Assembly: GCA_963666055.2 (NCBI GenBank)
Contig: CAXWPH010000007.1
Location: 224,001 to 288,000, forward strand
DNA length: 64,000 bases
Origin: Acidobacteriota bacterium
GTDB lineage: Bacteria; Acidobacteriota; UBA890; WLXD01
Reading direction: 5' to 3'
The notes under the pieces are model-generated. The model had not been told where the DNA came from and ran no database searches. It saw nothing but the letters and a program-made list of their open reading frames with translations. This document shows positions 28,370-38,206 of this stretch, in pieces (the first letter of the stretch is position 1; every line of letters starts with the position of its first letter). The position numbers were made by a program, and so were the translations under genes.

Positions 28370-28858
28370 TCACGATCGCGTCCCCTCTCCTGCGGAGCGG
28401 TTCGAGAGCAGCTCGTAGCCCAATGCCAGCGCCTCGATCAGCATCAGCAATGCGCCGATCGGCAGCGCCAAATAGACGACGCGAATCGGGATCTCCAGCG
28501 CCGGCGTCGTTTGGTTCGCCGTGGCGCTGATCAGTGCGATCCCCGAAACGACCACCACGCCCAGGAAGAAGATGACGCCAGCCAGCGCCAGCAGCCGCAC
28601 ATCTCGCTGGCGCCGTGGCTCGAGTGAATGCACCGCGTAATCGACCGTCAGGTGCAGGCCCCGACGCACGCAGGCGGCCGAGCCCAGCAGGATCAGCCAA
28701 ACCTGCAGATAGCGCGCCAATTCTTCGGACCATGAGAACGGCGCGTTGAACACGAAACGCGATACGACCTGGGCGAACACCACCACGACGATGGCAGCAA
28801 ACAGCAACACGACAACTGCGCGCACCGCGGCGCGCAGCGGGTCCAGATACGAAATCAC
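28370..28858 (-). CDS. dctQ: TRAP transporter small permease DctQ
   Basis: QVVSRF, WSEELARY, HLTVD, TPAL; four TM segments. GTGA overlap with the upstream gene. Confidence 0.92.
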   Translation of the reverse strand: MISYLDPLRAAVRAVVVLLFAAIVVVVFAQVVSRFVFNAPFSWSEELARYLQVWLILLGSAACVRRGLHLTVDYAVHSLEPRRQRDVRLLALAGVIFFLGVVVVSGIALISATANQTTPALEIPIRVVYLALPIGALLMLIEALALGYELLSNRSAGEGTRS

Positions 28859-30402
28859 TCGGGGGGTATCTCGACCAGCGTGTAGAAGGCCCGCCGGTGC
28901 AGCAAAGCGGCTCCCGCCGCATTGCGCACGCCGTCGAGATGCAGCTCGTGCACGTAGCCGGCGCGAATCGGGTCAATCGTCAGACGCACGCTCATGCCGT
29001 CGGGGGCGCCCCGCGCCGCAGTGATGGCGACCTGTACTTTGTCGTCCTCGGGGCCGCCGTACTCCGAACTGAGTCGATAAGTGTAGCTCTCCATTCGATA
29101 GGACGATCGATCGGCCGCGCTCTGCCGGTCGACCGGCTGGGTGAAGGTGAGCTCGAAGCCGTCATGGCGCGCCCGCATCTCGTGAACTTCGAACGGAGTT
29201 GTCCCCGTCCACACCAACCGCTGCAGGCCGTACTCATCGGGACCCAGGCTACCCCAGCCGCGCGAGGACATGCCTGCGAACAGCGAGTGATCGAGACCGA
29301 ACGCCAACCGAATGACGCCGCTCTGGAACCCCTGCCGGAAGCGGAATGCGGCCCCCTGCCAGTGCCCGTTCACTTCCTCCAGAAACACCCGCATCACCAT
29401 GGCGTGGTGCTGGTCGCCGACGAACAACTGGCCATCAAAGGGACCGAAAGCGCCGCCGCTGGTGTCCCACTTCAGGCCGCTCGGACTTTGCCCGAGCTTT
29501 ACATAAGGGAACCAGACGGCCGGCATCTTGAAGTGCGGAATCTCGTCCGCGAGGTCCTTCATATATGTCCCCGTACGCGGCAGCCCCACGGCAAGTGGCT
29601 CGACGAGCGACTCGGGGAGGTAGGCCGAGTCGATGCCGAACGGGTGGCCGTGGAAGTCGCCCACCTCGAGATGCGACAGCTTCGAGGCGTTGTTCCACTC
29701 GCCCTGATTGTCGGTGTAGAACACGTCGCCCCATGGGCTGACCTCGACCCCGGCCGGAGAGCGCAGGCCGGAAACCACCGGCTCCATCTTCCCGGTATCT
29801 CGGTCCACGCGCACAGCCCATCCTCGCCAGTCTGCCCGCCCGTAGGGCTCGGCGTCGAACGCTCTGTTCAGCGTTACCCAGAGCTTGCCGTCAGGCGTGA
29901 GCCTGGGGCCGAAGGCGTACTCGTGGTAGTTACCGCTGATCGCCCAGTCGTCGGTAACCGTCTCGAAGACATCGGCACGGTCATCGCCGTCGGTATCGCG
30001 CATGCGCGACAGCTCGGCACGCTGCGCGAAGTAGATCCAGCCGTCGAGCTCGAGAAGCCCGAGGGGCTGCGCCAGGCCAAACGCGTACTGCTTGAAGATC
30101 GGCTGCGGTGGCTCGCTGTATGCGTTTTCGACGATATACACCTCCCCCCGCCGCGTCGCCGCCATGATGCGACCATCCGACAACTGTGCCAGCCCTCCCA
30201 CCTCCATGGTGATATCGACCGGCAGGGGCAGTGTGATCAGCCTGTAGTACTGGCTCTCCGCCTGGCTCGCGGCGCGGCGCGACTCCCTCTCCGCGCGCAT
30301 CTCTGCCTCTGTCGGGTCCTGAGCGAGCGCCCACCCGCTGCCGACCAGCAGGGCGATCGCGGCGCAGGCTCGGAGGCTGCTTCTTCTGACGCCATCTACC
30401 AT
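28855..30402 (-). CDS. Secreted beta-propeller protein (sorbosone-dehydrogenase-like, PVC-type)
   Basis: LEVGG-like MEVGG, QRAELSR..DTDGD..AD, SGNYHEYAFG, GLRSP.G, DNQG.W, GPF.GQLFVGD, RGW. C-terminal Ig-like domain (YTL..IP). Confidence 0.75.
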   Translation of the reverse strand: MVDGVRRSSLRACAAIALLVGSGWALAQDPTEAEMRAERESRRAASQAESQYYRLITLPLPVDITMEVGGLAQLSDGRIMAATRRGEVYIVENAYSEPPQPIFKQYAFGLAQPLGLLELDGWIYFAQRAELSRMRDTDGDDRADVFETVTDDWAISGNYHEYAFGPRLTPDGKLWVTLNRAFDAEPYGRADWRGWAVRVDRDTGKMEPVVSGLRSPAGVEVSPWGDVFYTDNQGEWNNASKLSHLEVGDFHGHPFGIDSAYLPESLVEPLAVGLPRTGTYMKDLADEIPHFKMPAVWFPYVKLGQSPSGLKWDTSGGAFGPFDGQLFVGDQHHAMVMRVFLEEVNGHWQGAAFRFRQGFQSGVIRLAFGLDHSLFAGMSSRGWGSLGPDEYGLQRLVWTGTTPFEVHEMRARHDGFELTFTQPVDRQSAADRSSYRMESYTYRLSSEYGGPEDDKVQVAITAARGAPDGMSVRLTIDPIRAGYVHELHLDGVRNAAGAALLHRRAFYTLVEIPPE

Positions 30403-33293
30403 GCGATCTGCACCTCGAGCGAAACAGGTTCGCCTTCCTCTACGACGATCGGCATCAGCACCTGACGCACTCCTCGGGAGGAACGGACGACCGGGGTCAG
30501 CGCCTGTCGCGAGCGCACTGACACGGTGATGCTGCCGTCGACAACCCACGAATTCTCACCCTCCGCCGTGATCTGCTCGCCCTCGGCCAACAGCAGATAG
30601 AGCTGCCCCGCGCCGCTGCTGCCGCGCAACGTGAAACGCCGGGTGAGGTTGGCTCCGCCGGCGCTCACTACCGGAATGGGCTGCTCCTCGATGCGAACTT
30701 CTTGCAGCCGATAGCGAAATGTCGGTCCGCGCTGCTCGTCGAGGTGGTAGCCGAGGAACTGCCCACCGAGTTCGCGATCGGTCCGCGTCGGCTGCGGCCA
30801 GGCGGAGTCGGCATCGACCAGGTAGGCGAAGGCCGGACCGGGAGGCATATCAATAATGTCCTCGCCGGGCGGATCAAAGAACTTGCCGGCGCGACCCTGC
30901 CAGGTGCCCTTGGCATCGAAGAAGCCGCCACGCCAAGCCTTCGCCAGGCGCACTACATTGGCGTCGAACGCCACATGCACCGACTGAGGGAAGCCGGCTG
31001 TAATGGTGCGCGGGCCCACCTCGTTCATGAATGTCCTGAACACGATGACCTCGCTACCGGGAACAAGCACCATCGCATCGCCGGCGTCCATGCCCGCCGG
31101 AGCCGGCATCGACGACCCGAGCGACAGCGTGCTCCAGATTGCGTCGATCTGGCCGCCGGCGGATCCACCTGCGATGTCCTCGTGGACAACGTCCTCCCCG
31201 TCCCAGAACGCCGGCATCCGCGTTCGCGGACGAAGCGAGGCGGGGTCCCTCAGAAAGCGCTGCACCCAGCCCGGCCGCAAGCGCTCGTACACCGTCGTCA
31301 GGTTGATTGTCGAGATGCCGGGAGACTTGTGGGCGCCGACGTCGTGACAGGTGATACAGCGCAGCCCATCCGAGCCCAAGAGCTTCAAGCCGTCGGCGAC
31401 CGCTTGGGGCGTAAACGACGGCTCGTCAAGGTCGCCTGGCACGGCGTCGGCAGCCTCAAAAGCAGCTGGCAGGGCGGCGATCAGCTCACCGTCGAAGCCG
31501 GGCATGCGCGTCTGCATGAAGTCGCGGCGAACGTGCAGTCGGTCGTCGGTCAGTATCGACAGTAGTGCCTCGCGCTTCACACGCGCACCGATCGCGGTAA
31601 GCGGCGGCGGCAGCCTCCCTTCCTCACCGAGATCCAACCCGCCCACGACCCGGAACAACAGCTCACGCGCCTGTTCCGGTCCGCCGATCGTGTTCGGCCC
31701 CTGGGCGCGGCCATGGCACGCGTAGCAGTTGTATGTCGCCAGCGTGTGGTCGATCTGCTGCTGGGGATCGCGTCGTCTGGCGAGCGCGCCGAGGTTGGAG
31801 AGCGCCGATCGGATCGCCCGACGTTGATGGTCGGAGAGGCGATAGCGGGGGGCACCGTCGGCGGCGTGGCTCCACGGAGACCCGAACGACGGGCCGATGT
31901 CCAGTCTGTCCAGCGAGCTTGCCGGATGTCTCTTGCGCGCGTCGGTGGGCGCCGCAGCCAGCGCATGGCACGAGGCACAGCCAACTTCGACGAAGGCCCG
32001 GGCGCCCTGCGCGGCCTTGATCCGGTCGACGATCAGCGGTTCGCCGCCGCGCGGTCCCAGCACGAAGTCCTCGTAGGCCGCTATCGTGTCGATGGGTGTG
32101 CCCGGCTCGATGTCGCGCCCGCCGATTGCCGCATCGAGGAACGGTGCCTCGGCGTCGCCACGCATGTAGTAGGTGATCTCGATCGGGTGGTCGCCACGGC
32201 CGAGCGGAATCGTGCTGGAGATGACGCGCCCGATATCGCGCGGTTTGGTGGCCACCACGTCGCCGTCGACCAACAGCTCCGATCCCGAGCAGCGGTGGGA
32301 GGTGAGCTCGAAGGTGTAATCGCCCGGCGCGTCGATCCGAATCAGCGCCGAGTAGCGGAACCCGTGGTTACCTCGGCGGGTGCGCATCGGCAGCTCCAGA
32401 GACAGCTCCCCAAGCCGACCGCGGCCGACCACCTCCCAGGCATCGAAGTCGGGAGGAGGCCGGGTGAAGAAGCCCTCGGCATCCTCGTCCCCATCGTCGA
32501 CGAAGTACTGGAATTCGAAGCCCCGCACTCGATTTGGCGACTCTGGCCGCTGGTCACGCAGCAGGTAAACCGCAATGTCGGTCGCTTCTGCGTCCGACAG
32601 ATACAGCGACGGCATGCGCAACCCGTGGCGAACCCGACGAGGGTTCAGGAGGAAATCCCGCAGGCCGGCGACGGAGTTCTTGGCCGCTAGGTCCGGGAGC
32701 GGCACATCTCGGGTCAACGGCGTGCCGGATGCCCCCTCAGAAGCGTGGCAAGCGACACACCCGACGCTGTGGAACAAGGCGCGGCCGTGCTCAACCATGG
32801 CGCGAAAGCGGAGCGGACGGTATCCGGACGGTCGAGCTTGACTGCTTTGCTCGACGAGAAAGTGGGTGATCAGCTCGGCGAGCCGGTCACGCTCCTCGGC
32901 TGCGTAGGAGGCCAACACGGTCGGCATGGTAGTGCCGGGCTTGAGCGCCGGCGGGTCGGCAAGGAAGCCGGCGATCCAGTCGGCGCTGGCACGCTCACCG
33001 ATTTCGCTTAGGTCGGGAGCCGGCTTGGTGGTGACGCGCCCCGCAACGCCCGGATCGGAGGCAGCGTGGCACGATAGGCAGTTGAGCTCGCCGAGAAGTA
33101 CTTCGCCCATCGCGGCATCGCTCGCCAGGCCCGCCGTGAGCATCGTCTCGTAGCCCGCAACGACGGAGTCGGCGGCATCCCCGGAGCCCGCAACAGGTGG
33201 ATCGACCAGGCTGTCGCATCCGCCCAAGACCACAGCCAACAGAACCACGGCGGCAACGGGAACGCGCTGTGAGACCCTGGCACGGCGACTCAC
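30396..33293 (-). CDS. Pentaheme c-type cytochrome lipoprotein with PA14-like domain
   Basis: Five CXXCH motifs (CLSCH, CVACH, CASCH, CYACH, CITCH), several followed by a downstream xMP Met ligand. Lipobox VLGGC; PA14-like F.YSALIRI..PG.YTF; C-terminal RTFM...WRG.F domain. Confidence 0.88.
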   Translation of the reverse strand: MSRRARVSQRVPVAAVVLLAVVLGGCDSLVDPPVAGSGDAADSVVAGYETMLTAGLASDAAMGEVLLGELNCLSCHAASDPGVAGRVTTKPAPDLSEIGERASADWIAGFLADPPALKPGTTMPTVLASYAAEERDRLAELITHFLVEQSSQARPSGYRPLRFRAMVEHGRALFHSVGCVACHASEGASGTPLTRDVPLPDLAAKNSVAGLRDFLLNPRRVRHGLRMPSLYLSDAEATDIAVYLLRDQRPESPNRVRGFEFQYFVDDGDEDAEGFFTRPPPDFDAWEVVGRGRLGELSLELPMRTRRGNHGFRYSALIRIDAPGDYTFELTSHRCSGSELLVDGDVVATKPRDIGRVISSTIPLGRGDHPIEITYYMRGDAEAPFLDAAIGGRDIEPGTPIDTIAAYEDFVLGPRGGEPLIVDRIKAAQGARAFVEVGCASCHALAAAPTDARKRHPASSLDRLDIGPSFGSPWSHAADGAPRYRLSDHQRRAIRSALSNLGALARRRDPQQQIDHTLATYNCYACHGRAQGPNTIGGPEQARELLFRVVGGLDLGEEGRLPPPLTAIGARVKREALLSILTDDRLHVRRDFMQTRMPGFDGELIAALPAAFEAADAVPGDLDEPSFTPQAVADGLKLLGSDGLRCITCHDVGAHKSPGISTINLTTVYERLRPGWVQRFLRDPASLRPRTRMPAFWDGEDVVHEDIAGGSAGGQIDAIWSTLSLGSSMPAPAGMDAGDAMVLVPGSEVIVFRTFMNEVGPRTITAGFPQSVHVAFDANVVRLAKAWRGGFFDAKGTWQGRAGKFFDPPGEDIIDMPPGPAFAYLVDADSAWPQPTRTDRELGGQFLGYHLDEQRGPTFRYRLQEVRIEEQPIPVVSAGGANLTRRFTLRGSSGAGQLYLLLAEGEQITAEGENSWVVDGSITVSVRSRQALTPVVRSSRGVRQVLMPIVVEEGEPVSLEVQIAW

Positions 33294-34255
33294 CAGACCA
33301 CTTGCTCCGGAGCGATCACAACCGGCTTCTCGGGTCCCGGAAACGAGCTGGGAACAGCGATAGTGACAACGCCGGTGGCGACGAATTCCGTGCCGCGGGC
33401 CAGGACCGTCTGGAAGCCGACACAGTGCACCGACTCACCGTAGGGCTCGGACTCGTCGTTGTAGTGACCCATCGGAAGATGAAGGACCTTCCCGGTGCCG
33501 TAGCTGATAATCATCAGCATGGGCTCAGCCTCGTCGGTGACCCTCGAGTAGGCGTGAGCGAGCACCTCGACGTTCTTCGCCGGGCCGCGCAGCGCCGAGT
33601 AGAGCTCATCGGGCGCGTGCATCCACGTGGTTGGCAGCCCCGCGAGGATCGGGTGCTCGGGGCGATCGTGGATTACCTGGAACGGTCGTATCTCGCCGTG
33701 CTCGCCGCTCAGGCCCTCGCCGGGCGAGGTGGCCACCCAGTCGCCGTCGACGCTGCGCAGCAGCGACCCCGAGATGCCGGCGCGCCGGCCGCCCCAGCCA
33801 CCGACGCCGATCATCTCGTTGTACTCGGCCCATCCGGCGTCGTGGTTGTCGGCCGCGTGAACCGAAACAAAGCCGCCTCCCTGCCGCACGTACTTCTCCA
33901 GGTCGGACTTGGTCTGCGCCGACCACAGGGAATCGCAGCCTGATCGCTCCTCGCAATCGTCGTTGAAGTTGCTCACCACCACGTCGTAGGCAGAGAAGTC
34001 GGGCCGCCAAGCGTCCCATTCGGCCGGCGCGGCCCGTTTACGCGGCGAGGTGCTCACGTCGACATCAAAGCGGCCCGTCTGCGTCAACGTCGCCCTGTTC
34101 GCCGCCGTCGTGCTCTCCCAGTCGTGGTTGTTCACGCCATCGATGATCAGCACCTTGATCGGTTCCTGGACCGCACCGGAGGCCGGCCCGAGCGCGGCTC
34201 CTGCCGGACTGGATGCAACGAGCGGCAACAGCAAGATCGCCAGAGTAGTTCTCAT
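33290..34255 (-). CDS. Secreted ThuA-like (class I glutamine-amidotransferase fold) protein
   Basis: VLIIDG.NNHDW, YDVVVSNFN, GGG.VSVHAADN, HPI..GLP..WMH..DELY, EP.L, MGH, RGTE. Confidence 0.88.
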   Translation of the reverse strand: MRTTLAILLLPLVASSPAGAALGPASGAVQEPIKVLIIDGVNNHDWESTTAANRATLTQTGRFDVDVSTSPRKRAAPAEWDAWRPDFSAYDVVVSNFNDDCEERSGCDSLWSAQTKSDLEKYVRQGGGFVSVHAADNHDAGWAEYNEMIGVGGWGGRRAGISGSLLRSVDGDWVATSPGEGLSGEHGEIRPFQVIHDRPEHPILAGLPTTWMHAPDELYSALRGPAKNVEVLAHAYSRVTDEAEPMLMIISYGTGKVLHLPMGHYNDESEPYGESVHCVGFQTVLARGTEFVATGVVTIAVPSSFPGPEKPVVIAPEQVVW

Positions 34256-34305
34256 GTCCTCGTCCGAGTTGGGCGGTTTCAGGAGTCTACGGTGTGCGGC
34301 ATCAA

Positions 34306-34580
34306 TCACCGACCCACAGGATGCGGCCCGAGGACCCCGAGTCGATGCCGGCCGTCGATCAAACTGCCGTCAACGTCACGCAGTGGCAACGGCTCGAATC
34401 GCTGCGACGTGGCGACGGTTACCAGAACCAGAGCCACCAACCCGATGCGCGCGGCAATGAGATCGGCCGGGTAGGGCGTCGCCAGCCACTCCAGAAACAC
34501 CCAGCTCATCATGCCGGCCAACAGGCTGGTCACCGCCGCCGGCCCGTTGCAGCGCCGTCAGTAGATCGCCGCGGTCACTG
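34306..34580 (-). pseudogene. C-terminal remnant of a sodium:solute symporter
   Basis: Reads VTAAIY*RRCNGPAAVTSLLAGMMSW... The SSS motif G.YW.RAN..GA has Trp replaced by TGA (34558-34560). Two TM helices; no N-terminal part. Confidence 0.6.
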
Positions 34581-34598
34581 ATCCGGTGCCCGGCCGAG

Positions 34599-34616
34599 AT
34601 TGTATATTGTATTCGA
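34599..34616. promoter_or_regulatory. Putative GntR operator, copy 3 (ATTGTA-TATTGTATTCGA)
   Basis: In the divergent region between the SSS remnant/ThuA operon and the ureohydrolase. Confidence 0.65.
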
Positions 34617-34691
34617 TCAGCGACTGTGGGCCTCTGGGTCGACGAACGGCGCTGAGGTCAACCGGAGCCCCATTGAGATGACCCGTTCGAG

Positions 34692-35645
34692 ATGACCCGA
34701 CGCGACGAGCTGCGCCAGGTGGACGTGAATCAGACGCCTCGGTCGTCCGAGGTCGCCACCTTGATGCGCGCCGCCCAGCAGCGCGGCGCCGCAGGGCTCG
34801 ACATCGCGCTGTGCGGCGTGCCCTTCGACGGTGGCTCTTCGTTTCGTGCCGGCGCGCGTCACGGCCCGGCGCAGATTCGCGAGATGTCGCGCTTGATCCG
34901 GCGGGCCCATTACCTCAGCGGCATAGCCCCGTTCGATCTGTGCCGCATTGCCGACGTCGGCGACGCCCCGGTCAACCCGCTGGACATGGGTGCCACCCTG
35001 AAGAGCGTGCAGGCGTTCTTCGAGCACATCGGCGATGCGGGCGCGCTCCCCTTGGCCGTCGGCGGCGATCATACGGTGACGCTGCCGATCCTCCGAGCGG
35101 TTGCCCGAGGCGGCCCAATCGCCCTACTGCAGATCGACGCTCATTCGGACACCCAGGACACCATGCTCGGACAGCGCTACGCCAACGGCACGCCGATTCG
35201 TCGAGCCATCGAAGAGGATCTCGTCGACCCACGCCGAACAGTCCAGATCGGCATTCGCGGCACCCTGTTCGCAGCTGACGAGCTCGACTGGGCGCGCCAG
35301 CAGGGCGTCACCATCGTCAACATTGACGAGCTCTACACGCTCGGCCAAGAGGAGGTAATCGCCCGAAGCCGCCAAGCTCTCGGAGCGGGCCCCTGCTACG
35401 TGACCGTCGACATCGACGTCCTGGATCCGGCCTACGCACCCGGCACTGGCGGCCTCGAGCCCGGCGGCATGAGCGTGCGCGAGCTGCAGTGCCTGATCCG
35501 TGGTTTCGCCGGCCTGCAGATCGCGGCCGCCGACGTCACCGAGGTATCGCCACCCCTGGATCCGACCGGCATCACGGCGTTGGCCGCGTGCAGCGTGATG
35601 TTCGAGCTGTTGTGCCTGCTGGCCGGCGACATTGCGTCTGGTTGA
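34692..35645 (+). CDS. Ureohydrolase (agmatinase/guanidinoacid hydrolase family)
   Basis: GVPFD, GARHGP..IR, GGDHT, DAHSD, QIGIRG, DIDVLDP..APGTG, EVSP..D. Confidence 0.92.
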   Translation: MTRRDELRQVDVNQTPRSSEVATLMRAAQQRGAAGLDIALCGVPFDGGSSFRAGARHGPAQIREMSRLIRRAHYLSGIAPFDLCRIADVGDAPVNPLDMGATLKSVQAFFEHIGDAGALPLAVGGDHTVTLPILRAVARGGPIALLQIDAHSDTQDTMLGQRYANGTPIRRAIEEDLVDPRRTVQIGIRGTLFAADELDWARQQGVTIVNIDELYTLGQEEVIARSRQALGAGPCYVTVDIDVLDPAYAPGTGGLEPGGMSVRELQCLIRGFAGLQIAAADVTEVSPPLDPTGITALAACSVMFELLCLLAGDIASG

Positions 35646-35684
35646 CACCTCAGCGAGTGCCTTGGGGCAAAGCGGCGGGCTCCG

Positions 35685-37040
35685 TTAGCGGATCACCATG
35701 ACGCGCTGTTGTGGCGGTACGATCCATTCGATGCCGTGTTCGGTGACCAACGCGTTCTCCTCGACGTTCACCGGTATCTTGCGGCCCCCCCATTCCGGCG
35801 CCGGCACGAAGACGATGTACTCGAGCGAGATGATGCTGTTGGCACGCACGACGTACTGACTGCGGAACGGATAGATCTGGAACATCGACGCGGTCATGTC
35901 GTGGCCCAGGTTGCCGGCGGCGTGCATGCCCACGTTGACCTCGATGCCTTCGACGTCGCTGGCGCGCTCGCGCTCGGTGTACACATAGCCGGCGTCGCGG
36001 ATGATCTGCTTGAGTCGATCCAGCTGCACCTGCCCGACGATGTCGACCCCGACGTTCTCACGCACGATGTCGCCAACCACCTTCGATACCTCGAAGGCCC
36101 TCTGGATCCCCGGCGGCACCTCGGTTTCGCCCTCGCGCAACACGTAGGCAAAGCGCTTCATGTCGGTGTAGAAGTTGTTGCGGCCGATTCCCCAATCGAT
36201 CTGCATGACGTCGCCGCGCTGCACCACCCTGTCGGTAGCCGCGATCTCATTGCCGTCGGGCAAGTGCAGGTACACGGTTGGGAACCAGCCGCGCTCGACC
36301 CCGAGCAGCTGCCGTTGCTCCTCCAGCCACCAGGCGATGTCGAGCTGCGACGTGGCGCCGACCGTGATCACCTCGTTGGACAGCGCCCTCTCCAGGTAAC
36401 TGCGCGTGAGGTCGGCGGTCTTGGAGAACTCGACGATCTCCGTCGCCACGCGAGGCCCGCGAAAGTCGGCGATCACATGGCGGGCCGAAACGAAGCGACT
36501 GGCGTAGGTCTCGCCGAGCTCCTCGCCGAGAAACTGGTAGTCGCTGTACGACAGGCCGTCGGCGATAAACAGCCCCTCCATGACGTTGTCATGGTCCAGG
36601 AAGTTGAGCGCGATCCGCTGCGGGTCACGCTCGTGCACGAAGGCGGCCAGGTCGCGCTTGGAGCCGACGATGTCGTAGGCGCCGCAGCTCTCGATCATCT
36701 CGGTCTCACCGCCTAGCGCCGCCGTCTCCACCCGGTCACCCCGGTCGGTGAAGACGAAGATACCGTTGCCGTTGCTCGTATCGGGGCCGAAATCACGCAC
36801 CATCGGCTCGCTGCCACGACCGCGATCGATGACGATCCACATGTCGACGTCGTTACGCCTCAACGCATCCGGCAACACGTAGCGGAACTTGTCCTTGCGT
36901 ATCGCACAGGAGACTTCCCACTGCGAGCGCGCCTCGTCCTGTGGCAAGCGCTGCTGCGGGGTGGCGGGTGTTGCGGTCGCCGCGATGGTTGCCAGCAGCA
37001 GCATCGATCCGAAGAGAAGTTGCCTAGGTGCTCTGTTCAT
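35685..37040 (-). CDS. Secreted M24-fold metallopeptidase, copy 4
   Basis: Signal peptide. Full ligand set IDWG, TDMKR, MHAAGNLGH, SLEY, VEEN. Confidence 0.87.
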   Translation of the reverse strand: MNRAPRQLLFGSMLLLATIAATATPATPQQRLPQDEARSQWEVSCAIRKDKFRYVLPDALRRNDVDMWIVIDRGRGSEPMVRDFGPDTSNGNGIFVFTDRGDRVETAALGGETEMIESCGAYDIVGSKRDLAAFVHERDPQRIALNFLDHDNVMEGLFIADGLSYSDYQFLGEELGETYASRFVSARHVIADFRGPRVATEIVEFSKTADLTRSYLERALSNEVITVGATSQLDIAWWLEEQRQLLGVERGWFPTVYLHLPDGNEIAATDRVVQRGDVMQIDWGIGRNNFYTDMKRFAYVLREGETEVPPGIQRAFEVSKVVGDIVRENVGVDIVGQVQLDRLKQIIRDAGYVYTERERASDVEGIEVNVGMHAAGNLGHDMTASMFQIYPFRSQYVVRANSIISLEYIVFVPAPEWGGRKIPVNVEENALVTEHGIEWIVPPQQRVMVIR

Positions 37041-37192
37041 CGCATCTGTCCTCATGTTGTCCGGGAGCAAATCGACACTCGTTAGTCGGCTGGCGGCAGT
37101 TCCAGCACCTGCCCGCGATGCCAGTTCCCTGCCCCAGGAACCAGCCTTGCAGGATCGCCGCGATGTACGGCGCCAAGGGGCGCAGATCCGAG

Positions 37193-38206
37193 TCAGCGCT
37201 GCTGGCGCGCCCAGATCGCCAGCTGTCTCACGATTACCGCCAGCTCGCTCCGCAGCGTCGACGCCCTGGCGATGTTGGTCAGCCGCAACGGCCGACGGAG
37301 CACCTCCCGAGCGCCGTCACCGGTGCGAATCACGATATTGCCTTGCAGCCACCTCGGCTCGCCGCTCACCGTCTGTCCTTCGGTCTCATCGGTAGTGCCA
37401 CGGGCCAAGTTCTCCACCTCCACGACGAGCACATAGCTGGCCTGCTCGGGGTCGCTCACCAGCGAGATCTGCATGCTCGCCGACAGCCCCCGTGCCAGCT
37501 CCAAGATCATCAAGTCGAGGTCGGCGCGGGATTCGGCAACCATCGGTGCGCCGGTCTGCGTGACCCAGGCGGTCACGTCGGTGGGATCGGGAGACAGCGT
37601 CGAGGTCAGATTCCGCGATCCTTCGCTCGCCGGCTGGCCGGTCGCGGCACCGAAGCTGGAGTTTCCAGTGCGGATCTCGCGGCCGAAGGGGTTCTCGTTG
37701 AAGGCCTCGAACGCCGACAGATCCAGCGGCCCCAGAAAGATACGCGGTGCCACCAATAGGTCGGCCAGGTCGGCCGGCGGCGGGCCCATCCCGGTCAGCA
37801 CATCGATCTCGTTCGCCATGTCGAGGCCCGATTGCTGTGCCCGAATCGCCTGCTCCCAAGCGATGTCCAGCTGACCCGAGTTCGCCGCCGCCAGCGCCGC
37901 CATGCGGTGCGCCTCGGCCCAGCCCGGGCGTAGCTCTACGGCACGCAGGAAGGCGGCGGCGGCAGGCTCGTGCTCGCCGAGTCGCCCGTGCGCGAATCCG
38001 AGCACGTGATATGCGCGAGCATAGGAGCCGTCTGCCTCAACGGCGCGCTCGGCCTCGCGTATGGCCTGGTGGTAGCTGCCTTCGTTGACCAGCTTGCTGG
38101 CCTCATCGGTCAGGTCGGCCGCTGTTCTCTGTGCCTCGGCGGCAACCGGAAGCAGAACGGAGGCGATGAGAAGAACGATGCAGCCCGCTACCGGATTACG
38201 TGCCAT
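37193..38206 (-). CDS. Secreted TPR protein with unknown C-terminal domain
   Basis: Signal peptide (AEAQ), about three TPRs (AYHVLGFAH, AHRMAALAA). AGGAGAG RBS. Confidence 0.75.
   Translation of the reverse strand: MARNPVAGCIVLLIASVLLPVAAEAQRTAADLTDEASKLVNEGSYHQAIREAERAVEADGSYARAYHVLGFAHGRLGEHEPAAAAFLRAVELRPGWAEAHRMAALAAANSGQLDIAWEQAIRAQQSGLDMANEIDVLTGMGPPPADLADLLVAPRIFLGPLDLSAFEAFNENPFGREIRTGNSSFGAATGQPASEGSRNLTSTLSPDPTDVTAWVTQTGAPMVAESRADLDLMILELARGLSASMQISLVSDPEQASYVLVVEVENLARGTTDETEGQTVSGEPRWLQGNIVIRTGDGAREVLRRPLRLTNIARASTLRSELAVIVRQLAIWARQQR

Noticed and set aside
28344-28976. 210-aa ORF overlapping dctQ
   Set aside because: Wrong frame; the DctQ motifs are in 28370..28858.
37071-37192. 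Possible gene remnant in the spacer between the TPR and M24 genes (DLRPLAPYIAAILQGWF...)
   Set aside because: Looks coding but I cannot assign it to any family, and it is too short to support.
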